Positions 49,264-58,570 of a DNA stretch of 64,000 bases are shown piece after piece (within the stretch, counting starts at the first letter, position 1; the number at the start of each line of letters is the position of its first letter). The DNA comes from Bacillota bacterium (GTDB lineage: Bacteria; Bacillota; UBA4882; UBA10575). Below the pieces are notes generated by a model. That model worked only from the letters and a program-made list of their open reading frames with translations, was not told the origin of the DNA and did no database searches. A program made the translations under genes and the position numbers. The stretch spans positions 88 to 64,087 of the forward strand of contig DUNX01000094.1 in NCBI GenBank assembly GCA_012839115.1, written 5' to 3'.

Positions 49264-49402
49264 CGTGCAGCCTTGGCAGCGTGACCATGCGCAGCAGCGT
49301 GACACCGCAAAGAGCGGGACGAACCCGGAAGGAAAATAGCAGGATGGTGTTCTAGGTCTCCCCCTTCTGACATATGGTAAACTGTGAAGATCAGAAGACG
49401 GG

Positions 49403-50278
49403 GTGGAGGCCTTGCGCATCCTGGTTTTTTCAAAAAAACACTTTTTCGGCCTTACCCTGCTGATATTATTGGCAGGGTCTTTTTTTCTCCGGCCGGCGGG
49501 TATGGTTGATATTATCCGGCAGGCTTCCGTCGTTTTGAGCGGACGAATTATCCCCATTTACTCTGTGGAGACCCCCGAAAAAAAGGTGGCCATCTCTTTT
49601 GATGCGACTTGGGGTGCGGACCAAACCCCTAAACTGTTGGAGATTTTAGCAAAAAACCAAGTACGGGCCAGTTTTTTCCTTTGCGGCCTTTGGCTGGAGA
49701 AATACCCGGAGATGGTGAAGGCGATTGCCCGGGCGGGCCATGAGATCGGTAACCATACATATACCCATCCCCACCTGAACAAGATGGCAAAGGAAGAGAT
49801 CGCCCGGGAACTGCTGAAGACCCACCGCTTAATCCAGGAGTTGACAGGGCAAACCGCCACCCTTTTTCGTCCCCCCTTTGGCGAATACAACAACAAAGTG
49901 ATTGAGACGGCAGCCGGGTGCGGTTATACCACAATAATTTGGGATATTGACTCCCTGGACTGGCAGGATCTCTCCGCCGCCGCCATGCTGGAACGGGTCC
50001 AAAAACAGCTACGGCCCGGAGCGATCATTCTCTTTCATAATGCCGGGAAGCACACGCCGGAAGCGGTTGCCGCCCTTTTGCCAATCCTGAAGAGCAAAGG
50101 GTATTCGGTGGTACCCATCTCCCAGCTTTTGCTTAAGGGGGAGACCTATACGGATCATACCGGACGCCAGCGGTTGAAGATGCGCACGCGCGCGAGTCCT
50201 CCTGCAGGGGACGGGTCAATTCGCGGGCGGGCGTACGACTTCTACCATTTGCTGGTATCGGGGAGGGGGTACAGGTAA
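49403..50278 (+). CDS. Polysaccharide deacetylase (NodB homology domain; PdaB-like sporulation type)
   Basis: FDATWG, GHEIGNHTYTH and LFRPPFGEY motifs with an N-terminal TM. Has an unusual Arg-rich C-terminal tail of about 45 aa. Confidence 0.85.
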   Translation: MEALRILVFSKKHFFGLTLLILLAGSFFLRPAGMVDIIRQASVVLSGRIIPIYSVETPEKKVAISFDATWGADQTPKLLEILAKNQVRASFFLCGLWLEKYPEMVKAIARAGHEIGNHTYTHPHLNKMAKEEIARELLKTHRLIQELTGQTATLFRPPFGEYNNKVIETAAGCGYTTIIWDIDSLDWQDLSAAAMLERVQKQLRPGAIILFHNAGKHTPEAVAALLPILKSKGYSVVPISQLLLKGETYTDHTGRQRLKMRTRASPPAGDGSIRGRAYDFYHLLVSGRGYR

Positions 50279-51261
50279 TGGCGGTTCTTGTTTTAGAGCG
50301 GGTGAAGATCGTCCGCTTTTTTTGCGGGGTCTTTTTGGTTTTAATGATTATCTGGGGGATCTCCCGTTGGCCGGAGGCCGGGCGGAGCCTTTACGGTGTA
50401 AAAGACCGGGTGACCCTGGAGGGGTTATCCGTGGAACGTCTCCTCCCCCATGAACTCCAGGCGCTGGTGGAGGAGTTGGCAAAAAGATGCATGCTGCAAC
50501 CGGAAAATGCCGGGTTTTTCCCGGAAACCGGGGAGCTGATCCCGGAAAAAACGGGTTTAGGGGTTGACATCGAAAGTACGGTAGAGAACGTTTTACGGGC
50601 CCAGCCGGGGGAGGCGCTATCACTTGTCACTTACTCGATTCCGGCAGCGGTGACCAAGGATTTTTTTACCCCCGTTTTCAAAGGAGATACCACCGGGAAA
50701 AAAGCCGGCATCAGTATTAATGTGGCATGGGGGGAAGAAGAAATCCCTGCCATGCTTTCGATCTTTCGTGAACATAAGGTAAAGGCCACATTTTTCTTTG
50801 TCGGGGATTGGGTCCGGAAATTTCCGGATTTGGTGAGAGAGATCAGCCGGGAAGGACATGAAATTGCCAACCACGGGCTCTATCACGGCCATCCGAACAA
50901 GATGGGCCGCACGGAGCTGCAGAAACTGATTGTGGAGAACGCCCGGTTGCTGGATGAGGTGACGGGGGAACCGCCGGTAAAGCTGTTTGCCCCGCCTTAC
51001 GGGGAATTCAACAACGAAGTGCTGGCCGTTGCCGGGAACCTGGGCTACCGGACGATCCTTTGGACCATCGATACAGTTGACTGGAAGCGGCCGGCGCCGG
51101 AGGTCATCATCCAACGGGTGACAGAAAGGATCGAACCGGGGGCAATCATCCTTATGCACCCCACCGCACCTACGGTCGAGGCGTTAAGCCCGATCATCAA
51201 GAACCTCAAGGAACAGGGTTACAGCTTTCTTCCTGTTGGCAAGTTGCTGCGGGAAGGATAG
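50278..51261 (+). CDS. Polysaccharide deacetylase (NodB homology domain; YlxY-like)
   Basis: N-terminal TM, middle domain, then NVAWGEE, GHEIANHGLYH and LFAPPYGEF motifs. The ATG overlaps the upstream stop. Confidence 0.85.
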   Translation: MAVLVLERVKIVRFFCGVFLVLMIIWGISRWPEAGRSLYGVKDRVTLEGLSVERLLPHELQALVEELAKRCMLQPENAGFFPETGELIPEKTGLGVDIESTVENVLRAQPGEALSLVTYSIPAAVTKDFFTPVFKGDTTGKKAGISINVAWGEEEIPAMLSIFREHKVKATFFFVGDWVRKFPDLVREISREGHEIANHGLYHGHPNKMGRTELQKLIVENARLLDEVTGEPPVKLFAPPYGEFNNEVLAVAGNLGYRTILWTIDTVDWKRPAPEVIIQRVTERIEPGAIILMHPTAPTVEALSPIIKNLKEQGYSFLPVGKLLREG

Positions 51262-51579
51262 GATTCGCACGGTGGCGCCTATAAAAAGCAAAATACGCAT
51301 TATTACCATTATTTGCTAGATTGAGTTACTCTTTTTTTAACATCGAGAAAAAGGAAGAAAGAGAAATATGGCGTATATAGTAAAAGAAAACAGATACTCC
51401 AGGAAGTAAACAAGCCGTGCGCAAGAGCGTGCAAATTCCCGCCTACACAGGTCCCGCATACGCGGGCGTCGCGTACAAGGGAAGGGGTGAAAAAATAAAA
51501 CGGGCGTCAAGTCCCGCGCCCGCGCGCTGGTGCGCCGCTTACGCAGTAGCTTGTGGAGTAAAGAGGAGGCGTTTTTAAG

Positions 51580-52074
51580 TTGAAAAGAATAACCACTGTT
51601 TTGCTGGCGGTAATCATTTTGGCAGTTTTTCCTGCGGCCGCGTGGGGTCTGAACACACCTGCTGTCTCGCGGAATCATGGAGTGGTCACCGCCAGATTCA
51701 TCAGTGATGCCGGCCTGTTCCTCGGAGGAGAATATGGGGTCACCGAGGATCTGGCGATCCTGGCGGAGCTTGGATCCAAGAACTCGAACAGGATAGGCCT
51801 GAAATACCAGATCGGCCGGTTGGCTGTGACGGGAGGAGTAATGAGCTCCTCAGTCTTTTTCGGGCTTAATGGCGGCGGGGCGCTGGGCAATAAGCTCACC
51901 GGGATCTTTGAGGTCGATGCGGTGATGGCCAGCGGCGAACTGGGTTTCCTTTATGAAGTAGGGGTTAAGTTCGATATTGACCGGAAAATTGATCTCCGGG
52001 GCGGGCTGTATGGCGCCACTTTTGGGTCATTCAGTTCCCTGCAATTCCAGATCGGCGTGGGGTATAGTTTTTAA
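51580..52074 (+). CDS. Small secreted protein with outer-membrane beta-barrel-like features
   Basis: 164 aa. Cleavable signal peptide (..FPAAAWG/L). About 8-10 amphipathic alternating-hydrophobic segments separated by G/N/D/S turns. C-terminal QIGVGYSF ends in Phe, like the beta-signal of OMPs. RBS AGAGGAGG. Confidence 0.55.
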   Translation: MKRITTVLLAVIILAVFPAAAWGLNTPAVSRNHGVVTARFISDAGLFLGGEYGVTEDLAILAELGSKNSNRIGLKYQIGRLAVTGGVMSSSVFFGLNGGGALGNKLTGIFEVDAVMASGELGFLYEVGVKFDIDRKIDLRGGLYGATFGSFSSLQFQIGVGYSF

Positions 52075-52079
52075 CTCCC

Positions 52080-52108
52080 TTGACAAACAGTACATTAATG
52101 AGTATATT
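52080..52108 (+). promoter_or_regulatory. Sigma-A-type promoter for the valS leader
   Basis: TTGACA (52080-52085), 17-bp spacer, TATATT (52103-52108). Confidence 0.6.
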
Positions 52109-52139
52109 GGGTATATTGGCAAGTAAAATATAAACGTGG

Positions 52140-52465
52140 GATTATAACGATGACCGGAAGGAGTAGCCCCGCGTGCGGATCCCGCCACAGCAGACTTTCA
52201 CCATATGTGGCAGGGAATCGCGGGCGAACCTGCAGCAGAGAACGGGTCCGGCGCAGGCGCGCAAGGCTGGAAGACCCGGCAGGGGCAGGGGTGAAGGTCG
52301 TCCGGGAGTTCTCCGGCTGAAAAGCTGCAAAAAGGCACAGGAGTAAGCCGGAGCGGCCAGGCCCGTTAACGCCGCGCAAGCGCCCCTGTTCCGCCCTGGC
52401 GTACAGGGGAAAAAAGGTGGTACCGCGAAGACCTTTCGTCCTTTAGTGATGGAAGGTCTTTTTTC
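52140..52465 (+). promoter_or_regulatory. T-box riboswitch leader (valS)
   Basis: Stem I start AACGATGA..GGAAGGAGTAG (GA motif + AGTA box), AGAGA box (CAGAGAAC), F-box-like CCGTTAA, and the conserved T-box sequence AAAAAGGTGGTACCGCG (52411-52427). This overlaps a terminator (AAGACCTTTC / GGAAGGTCTT + T6, 52428-52465). GTC triplets occur in the candidate specifier region GAAGGTCGTCC (~52293-52303). Confidence 0.85.
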
Positions 52466-52553
52466 TCGTCATGGTTATACAGCGCGCACTAAATGAAGGA
52501 ACGGGAAACGGCAAAACAGATACGTTATACTTGTTATACGGCGTGCACGCAAA

Positions 52554-55211
52554 ATGGAGGGGATTAAGTTGTACCGGCAATTGCCCAAAGTCTATGAACC
52601 GCAGAAGGTAGAGACAAAGTGGTATGATTACTGGCTGGAGAAGGGTTTTTTCCATGCTGAGGTGGAGAAGGAGAGGAAGCCTTTTTGTATTGTGATCCCG
52701 CCGCCGAATGTTACGGGAAAACTCCATCTCGGCCACGCCCTGAACAATACCTTGCAGGATATTCTCACCCGTTACCACCGGATGAAGGGAGATAATGCCC
52801 TCTGGCTTCCCGGGACGGACCACGCCGGCATCGCCACGCAGGTCCGGGTGGAAGAGGAATTGGCGAAGGAAGGCCTAAGCCGCCATGAACTAGGACGGGA
52901 AGAGTTCCTCAAACGGGTCTGGGCTTGGAAGGAAGAATACGGCGGGACCATCATCCGGCAGCTGAAGCGGTTGGGCGCCTCCTGCGATTGGGACCGGGAA
53001 CGGTTCACCATGGACGAGGGGTGCTCCCGTGCGGTAAAAGAGGTCTTTCTCCGCCTCTACCGGAAAGGCTTGATTTACCGCGGGAGTTATCTGGTAAACT
53101 GGTGCCCCCAATGCGCCACCACCCTGTCGGATATCGAGGTGGAACATGAGGAGAGCGAAGGAAGGCTCTGGCATATCCGTTACCCGCTGGCCAGTGGGGA
53201 CGGTTACATCCAGGTGGCCACCACCCGGCCTGAGACGATGCTGGGTGATACGGCCGTGGCCGTCCACCCGGGAGACGACCGCTACCGGGGACTGGTAGGG
53301 AAAAAGGCCATCCTGCCCCTGATGAACAGGGAGATCCCGATTGTTGCCGATCCGATGGTGGACCGGGAATTCGGGACCGGGGCGGTGAAGATCACCCCCG
53401 CCCATGATCTTAACGACTTTGAACTGGGACTCCGGCATAACCTGCCCCAGGTTACGGTGATCGGTTTTGACGCCCGGATGACCGTGGAGGCGGGTAAATA
53501 TACGGGGCTGGACAGATATGAGGCAAGAAAAAAGGTGCTGGCGGATCTGGCGGCCGAAGGCCTCCTGGCCGGAGAGGAAGTACACCATCATGCCCTGGGG
53601 ACCTGTTACCGCTGTGATACGGTGGTGGAACCGCTCATCTCCAAACAGTGGTTTGTCCGGATGAAACCCCTGGCGGAACCGGCGGCCCGGGTGGTCAGGG
53701 AAGGGAAGATCCGCTTTGTCCCTGAACGTTTCGCCAAGGTCTACCTGAACTGGCTGGAGAATATCAGGGACTGGTGTATCTCGCGGCAGCTTTGGTGGGG
53801 ACACCGGGTCCCGGTCTGGTATTGCCTGGATTGCGGTACGGAAATCGCCGCCGCCGAGACGCCGGAAATCTGCCCCGATTGCGGGAGCAACCGTATGGAA
53901 CAGGACCCGGATGTCCTGGATACCTGGTTCTCTTCGGCGCTTTGGCCCTTTTCCACCCTGGGCTGGCCGGAGAACACGCCTGAACTGGAGCATTTCTATC
54001 CCACCTCGGTCTTGGTCACCGCCCGTGACATTATCTTCTTCTGGGTGGCCCGCATGGTCTTTATGGGCCTGGAATTCATGGAGGAGATCCCCTTTGCCGA
54101 TGTGCTCATGCACGGGCTTGTTTTGGACAAGGACGGGAAGAAAATGAGCAAGTCGCGGCCGGAGACAATTGTGGACCCGCAGGATGTCATTGATGAGTAC
54201 GGTGCGGATATCCTCCGCTTTACCCTGGCCACCGGCACCGCCCTTGGCCAAGACCAGCGTTTCCAGATGGAACGGGTGGAAGGGGTCCGTAACTTTGCCA
54301 ACAAAATTTGGAATGCCGCCCGTTTCCTCGGGATGAACCTGGATGATTATGATGAGACAAAGGGAGAAGAAGACGGATTCTCCCTCCCGGATCAGTATAT
54401 CCTCTCCCGCCTGCAGCGGGTTACCGCCGAAACCGGGGAGATGATCGACCGCTATGACTTGGGAGGCGCGGCCAACCTCCTCTATGATTTTATCTGGAAC
54501 GAATACTGCGACTGGTACATTGAGATGGCAAAACCGCAGTTAAAAGCAGGCGGGGCGGAACGCCGCCGCACCCAGCAGGTGCTGGTGAAGGTTTTCCGCC
54601 AGATTATGGTTCTCCTCCATCCTTACATGCCCTTTATTACCGAGGAAATCTGGCAGGTTCTCCCCCATGAGGGCGAGAGTATCATGGTGGTTCCCTGGCC
54701 GGAACCGGACGAAAAACTCTTGAACCCGGAGGCCGAAGAGAAGATGGGGCTGTTGATGGAAGTAACGCGGGCGATCCGGAACCTCCGGGCCGAAAGCCGG
54801 GTGGAGCCCGGACGGAAAGTTGAGGCAATCCTCCTGGCCGGCCCCGGGGAGAAAAAAGTCCTCGAAGAAAACCGCTTGTACCTGGAGGTCCTGGCCGGCC
54901 TGGGGCAACTGGCAATCCTACCGGAAGGGAGCGCCAAACCGGAACAGGCGGTCACTGCCGTGGTGAGCGGGGTTGAGGTCTACCTGCCCCTGGCGGGCCT
55001 GGTTGATCTGGAAAAGGAAAAGGAGCGGCTGGAGAAAGAACTGGCCGAACTGGAGGAGGAAAAAGAGCGACTGGGCAAGAAACTAAGCAACACCCAGTTC
55101 CTGGCGAAAGCCCCCGAAGCGGTGGTGGCAAAAGAAAAACAGAAGCTCGCCGCAGTGGCGGAGAAATACGGGAAGGTCTCCGACCGGTTGCGGGCGTTGC
55201 TGCGCGCGTGA
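52554..55211 (+). CDS. valS: Valine--tRNA ligase
   Basis: HIGH motif ([12 protein letters not shown]), KMSKS motif (KMSKS), CP1 editing domain and C-terminal coiled coil. The TTG at 52569 has better RBS spacing than the ATG at 52554. Confidence 0.95.
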   Translation: MEGIKLYRQLPKVYEPQKVETKWYDYWLEKGFFHAEVEKERKPFCIVIPPPNVTGKLHLGHALNNTLQDILTRYHRMKGDNALWLPGTDHAGIATQVRVEEELAKEGLSRHELGREEFLKRVWAWKEEYGGTIIRQLKRLGASCDWDRERFTMDEGCSRAVKEVFLRLYRKGLIYRGSYLVNWCPQCATTLSDIEVEHEESEGRLWHIRYPLASGDGYIQVATTRPETMLGDTAVAVHPGDDRYRGLVGKKAILPLMNREIPIVADPMVDREFGTGAVKITPAHDLNDFELGLRHNLPQVTVIGFDARMTVEAGKYTGLDRYEARKKVLADLAAEGLLAGEEVHHHALGTCYRCDTVVEPLISKQWFVRMKPLAEPAARVVREGKIRFVPERFAKVYLNWLENIRDWCISRQLWWGHRVPVWYCLDCGTEIAAAETPEICPDCGSNRMEQDPDVLDTWFSSALWPFSTLGWPENTPELEHFYPTSVLVTARDIIFFWVARMVFMGLEFMEEIPFADVLMHGLVLDKDGKKMSKSRPETIVDPQDVIDEYGADILRFTLATGTALGQDQRFQMERVEGVRNFANKIWNAARFLGMNLDDYDETKGEEDGFSLPDQYILSRLQRVTAETGEMIDRYDLGGAANLLYDFIWNEYCDWYIEMAKPQLKAGGAERRRTQQVLVKVFRQIMVLLHPYMPFITEEIWQVLPHEGESIMVVPWPEPDEKLLNPEAEEKMGLLMEVTRAIRNLRAESRVEPGRKVEAILLAGPGEKKVLEENRLYLEVLAGLGQLAILPEGSAKPEQAVTAVVSGVEVYLPLAGLVDLEKEKERLEKELAELEEEKERLGKKLSNTQFLAKAPEAVVAKEKQKLAAVAEKYGKVSDRLRALLRA

Positions 55212-55235
55212 TCATAAACAGATTGGGTTGATGCT

Positions 55236-55263
55236 CAGGCCGGATGTGAGTCCGGCCTTTTTA
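55236..55263 (+). terminator. Intrinsic terminator after valS
   Basis: AGGCCGGA (55237-55244) pairs with TCCGGCCT (55251-55258). Followed by TTTT. Confidence 0.8.
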
Positions 55264-55269
55264 AACAAA

Positions 55270-55515
55270 AGGAAGCTGCATGAAGCATAAGGAAGCTTTA
55301 TAAACCGGAGGGAACATTATAAGCCAAAAAAGTTTTACGAACGAAACTGTGGAACCAAAAAGAAGCATTCTAAACCAAGAAAAGTTTTACGAACGAAACT
55401 GTGCGAACCAAAAAGAAGCATTCTAAACCAAGAAAAGTTTTACGAACGAAACTCTGCGAACCAAAAGAAACTTTATAAGCCAAAGGAAGCTTTCTAAACC
55501 AAAAGGAAGCTTTAT
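55270..55515. repeat. Composite A-rich repeat: three 52-53-bp units (AAGTTTTACGAACGAAACTGTGCGAACCAAAAAGAAGCATTCTAAACCAAGAA) bracketed by GGAAGCT(T/G) words
   Basis: Unit starts at 55330, 55382 and 55435. GGAAGCT words at about 55271, 55291, 55485 and 55504. Confidence 0.9.
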
Positions 55516-55543
55516 GAACCTGACGAAGGAGGAAGATGAAATA

Positions 55544-56527
55544 ATGAACTACAGGGAGTTGGGAAGGACCGGCTGGAAGGTATCGGAGATCTCCTTCGGC
55601 TCCTGGGCGATCGGCGGAAGCTGGGGGCAGGTGGACGACGGGGAGTCGCTGGCGGCCCTACATAAAGCGGTGGATCTGGGGGTGAATTTCTTTGACACCG
55701 CCGATGTGTACGGGGACGGCCACAGTGAAAGGCTTCTGGCCAGGTTGCGGAAGGAACGAAGCGAAGAGATTTATATCGCCACCAAAGCCGGGCGGAGGTT
55801 AAACCCGCATACGGCCGAGGGCTATAACCGGGAGAATTTGACGGCTTTTGTCGAGAGGAGCCTGCGGAACCTGGAAACAGAGGCCATCGACTTGCTGCAG
55901 TTGCATTGCCCCCCCACCGAAGTCTTTTACATGCCGGAGGTCTTCGGGATCCTTGACGACCTGGCAGCCGCGGGGAAGATCAGGTATTACGGGGTAAGTG
56001 TGGAAAAAGTGGAAGAGGCGCTCAAAGCCATCGAATACCCGAACGTCCAAAGCGTGCAGATGATCTTCAATATCTTCCGGCAGCGTCCGGCGGAGTTGTT
56101 CTTTGCTGAGGCAAAAAAGAAGCAAGTAGGGATCCTGGCGCGGGTTCCGCTGGCCTCAGGGTTGCTGACCGGTAAATTTACGGCGGATTCCCGTTTTGAA
56201 GGAGATGACCATCGCAGTTACAACCGGCACGGGGAAGCCTTTGACCGGGGCGAGACTTTTTCCGGGGTTGATTACGACCTGGGATTGCGGGCGGTTGCTG
56301 CGCTTAAGGAGGTTTGCCCGGAAGGGATGAGCCTGGCGCAGTTTGCCCTGAAATGGATCCTGATGTTTGCCGCTGTGACCTGTGCGATCCCAGGGGCGAA
56401 AAGAGCCGGTCAGGTGGAGGAGAATGCCAAAGCCGCTGATTTTCCGTCCCTCCCGGCAGAGACCATGACCGCGGTTAAAGAAATCTACGAACAGCAGGTG
56501 AAGGCGGTTGTCCACCATTACTGGTAG
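55544..56527 (+). CDS. Aldo/keto reductase
   Basis: MNYRELGRTGWKVSEISFGSW, DTADVYG and the typical AKR C-terminus. The ATG at 55544 follows GAAGGAGG. Confidence 0.9.
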   Translation: MNYRELGRTGWKVSEISFGSWAIGGSWGQVDDGESLAALHKAVDLGVNFFDTADVYGDGHSERLLARLRKERSEEIYIATKAGRRLNPHTAEGYNRENLTAFVERSLRNLETEAIDLLQLHCPPTEVFYMPEVFGILDDLAAAGKIRYYGVSVEKVEEALKAIEYPNVQSVQMIFNIFRQRPAELFFAEAKKKQVGILARVPLASGLLTGKFTADSRFEGDDHRSYNRHGEAFDRGETFSGVDYDLGLRAVAALKEVCPEGMSLAQFALKWILMFAAVTCAIPGAKRAGQVEENAKAADFPSLPAETMTAVKEIYEQQVKAVVHHYW

Positions 56528-56624
56528 GCGCGCGTGCCACTCATCCTTGGGGACCATAGCGGGCGCCTTGGCGAACCCCGTTTGCTTTTCCACCGTGTGA
56601 AACTGAAAAAACACAGAAAAAAAC

Positions 56625-56653
56625 TTGACATCCAGGCGGCGAAAGGCTATACT
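56625..56653 (+). promoter_or_regulatory. Near-consensus sigma-A promoter for ylxM-ffh
   Basis: TTGACA (56625-56630), 17-bp spacer, TATACT (56648-56653). Confidence 0.7.
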
Positions 56654-56698
56654 GCTAATGTAAAGTAAATATACTTGTCAGTAAGGAGGCTCATCACC

Positions 56699-57064
56699 AT
56701 GGAACAGGTGGCAAAGATGAGCCTGTATTATGATTTTTATAGTGGACTTTTAACCCCCAAACAGCAGCGGGTCTTTAGTCTCTACCATATGGAAAACCTC
56801 TCCCTGGCGGAGATTGCGGAGGAGGAAGGAACCACGCGCCAGGCGGTCCACGATCTCCTGCAGCGCACGGAGAAGATCCTCGAGCGCTGGGAGAAGGAAC
56901 TGTTACTGGTTGACAGGTTTTTAAAGGAGAAAAGGGCTGTCGGGGAGATCAAGGAAGGCCTGGAGGAACTGGGGCGGTACCTCTCCAATCAAGGCGAGGC
57001 TTACCGCCGGTTTTTGGCGGTTAAAAAGAAGGTTATGGATCTCGAGGCCCACCTTGAAGGCTAA
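56699..57064 (+). CDS. ylxM: YlxM / UPF0122 putative helix-turn-helix protein
   Basis: YYDFYSGLLTPKQQRVFSLYHMENLSLAEIAEEEGTTRQAV is the family signature. Conserved position before ffh. RBS TAAGGAGG. Confidence 0.85.
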   Translation: MEQVAKMSLYYDFYSGLLTPKQQRVFSLYHMENLSLAEIAEEEGTTRQAVHDLLQRTEKILERWEKELLLVDRFLKEKRAVGEIKEGLEELGRYLSNQGEAYRRFLAVKKKVMDLEAHLEG

Positions 57065-57173
57065 CCCCGTTGGGACCCCTAACGGGTCCCGGAAGGGGAT
57101 CCCGCCAGCGACTCCCAGGTGAGATCCGGGCGGGGAACCCGGCGGGGACTAACGGGCGAAAGGGGAAAAACCG

Positions 57174-58502
57174 ATGGTCTTTTCCAACCTGGCCGGGCGG
57201 TTACAGGAGGCCCTCCGCCAACTGCGCGGTAAAGGAAAACTCACCGAGAAAGATGTGGATGAAGCCCTACGCGAAGTGAAACTGGCCTTGCTTGAAGCTG
57301 ATGTCAACTTCCGGGTGGTGCGGAGTTTTATCAACCGGGTCCGGGAAAGAGCCGTTGGGAAAGAGGTAACATCTAGCCTGACCCCTGGGCAGATGGTGGT
57401 GAAGATCGTCCACCAGGAACTCACAGCTTTGATGGGGGAAAAGGAAGAAAAGATCCGGGTGGCGCCGGAACCGCCCACCGTGGTCCTGCTGGTGGGGTTG
57501 CAGGGTTCAGGGAAGACAACCACCGCCGCCAAACTCGGGCGCCATCTGAAGATGCAAGGGCGGCGGCCGATGCTGGCAGCGGCTGATATCTACCGGCCTG
57601 CGGCCGTTCGTCAACTCCAGATCCTCGGGGAAAAACTGGAGCTGCCGGTATATTTTAGCGAAGAGAAAAGCCCGGTGGCGATTGCCAGGGAAGCGGTGGC
57701 CGCAGCGAGAAAGAACAACAGCGACTATCTTTTGGTTGATACCGCCGGCCGCCTGCACGTGAATGAAGAACTAATGGAGGAATTACGTGCGATCAAAGAG
57801 GCGGTCAAGCCGGAGGAGATCCTGCTGGTTGTGGACGCCATGACCGGCCAGGATGCGGTGAATGTCGCCCGGAGCTTCCATGAGAGATTATCCCTGACCG
57901 GTCTGGTCTTGACCAAACTGGAGAGTGACACCAGGGGAGGAGCGGCCCTTTCCATCCGGGAGGTGACCGGGTGCCCCATCAAACTTGTTGGGACCGGGGA
58001 AAAACTGGAGGACCTGGAGGTTTTTCATCCCCAGCGGCTGGCCTCCCGGATTTTGGGTATGGGCGATCTCCTTTCCCTGATTGAAAAGGCCGAGACGGCG
58101 GTGGAGAAAGATCAAGCCCGGGATCTTTTGAAAAAGATCCAGGACGACCGTTTAACCTTGGAGGATTTTCTGGACCAACTGCGGCAGTTGCGGACGACAG
58201 GCCTTTGGGAGCAGGCCCTTTCCTTGCTGCCGGGGGTTAATCCAAAACAGCTCCGGGGAATGCAGGTGAGTGAGGAGGATTTTAAGCACCTGGAAGCGAT
58301 TATCCAGTCTATGACCCCGGAGGAACGGCAGGATCCTTCCATTATTAACGCCAGCCGCCGGAAGCGGATTGCCCGCGGGTCCGGACGGAAGATTCAGGAA
58401 GTCAACAGGTTATTGAACCAGTTTGAACAGAGCAAAAAGATGATGAAGCAACTGGCCAGGATGGGAAAGGGCGGTCTACGGATGAAATTCCCTTTCCCCT
58501 GA
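57174..58502 (+). CDS. ffh: Signal recognition particle protein Ffh
   Basis: N domain (LREVKLALLEADVN), G domain (GLQGSGKTTT, DTAGR, TKLD) and Met-rich M domain. Confidence 0.95.
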   Translation: MVFSNLAGRLQEALRQLRGKGKLTEKDVDEALREVKLALLEADVNFRVVRSFINRVRERAVGKEVTSSLTPGQMVVKIVHQELTALMGEKEEKIRVAPEPPTVVLLVGLQGSGKTTTAAKLGRHLKMQGRRPMLAAADIYRPAAVRQLQILGEKLELPVYFSEEKSPVAIAREAVAAARKNNSDYLLVDTAGRLHVNEELMEELRAIKEAVKPEEILLVVDAMTGQDAVNVARSFHERLSLTGLVLTKLESDTRGGAALSIREVTGCPIKLVGTGEKLEDLEVFHPQRLASRILGMGDLLSLIEKAETAVEKDQARDLLKKIQDDRLTLEDFLDQLRQLRTTGLWEQALSLLPGVNPKQLRGMQVSEEDFKHLEAIIQSMTPEERQDPSIINASRRKRIARGSGRKIQEVNRLLNQFEQSKKMMKQLARMGKGGLRMKFPFP

Positions 58503-58570
58503 TTTGAAGGGTGTTCCAGCTTGTCCGGGCCGGCCTTTCCACGGCGAAAGGACGAGCCCGTACAGTTAAT

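Noticed and set aside
47293-52074. Concluding that the organism is diderm / LPS-producing
   Set aside because: One LpxB homologue and one barrel-like protein are insufficient. The rest of the Raetz, Lpt and Bam genes are not in this window, and the adjacent deacetylases look like ordinary sporulation enzymes.
52890-54251. 453-aa minus-strand ORF inside valS
   Set aside because: Antisense shadow of a clearly identified valS. It is Arg/Gly/Pro-rich with no recognisable domain.
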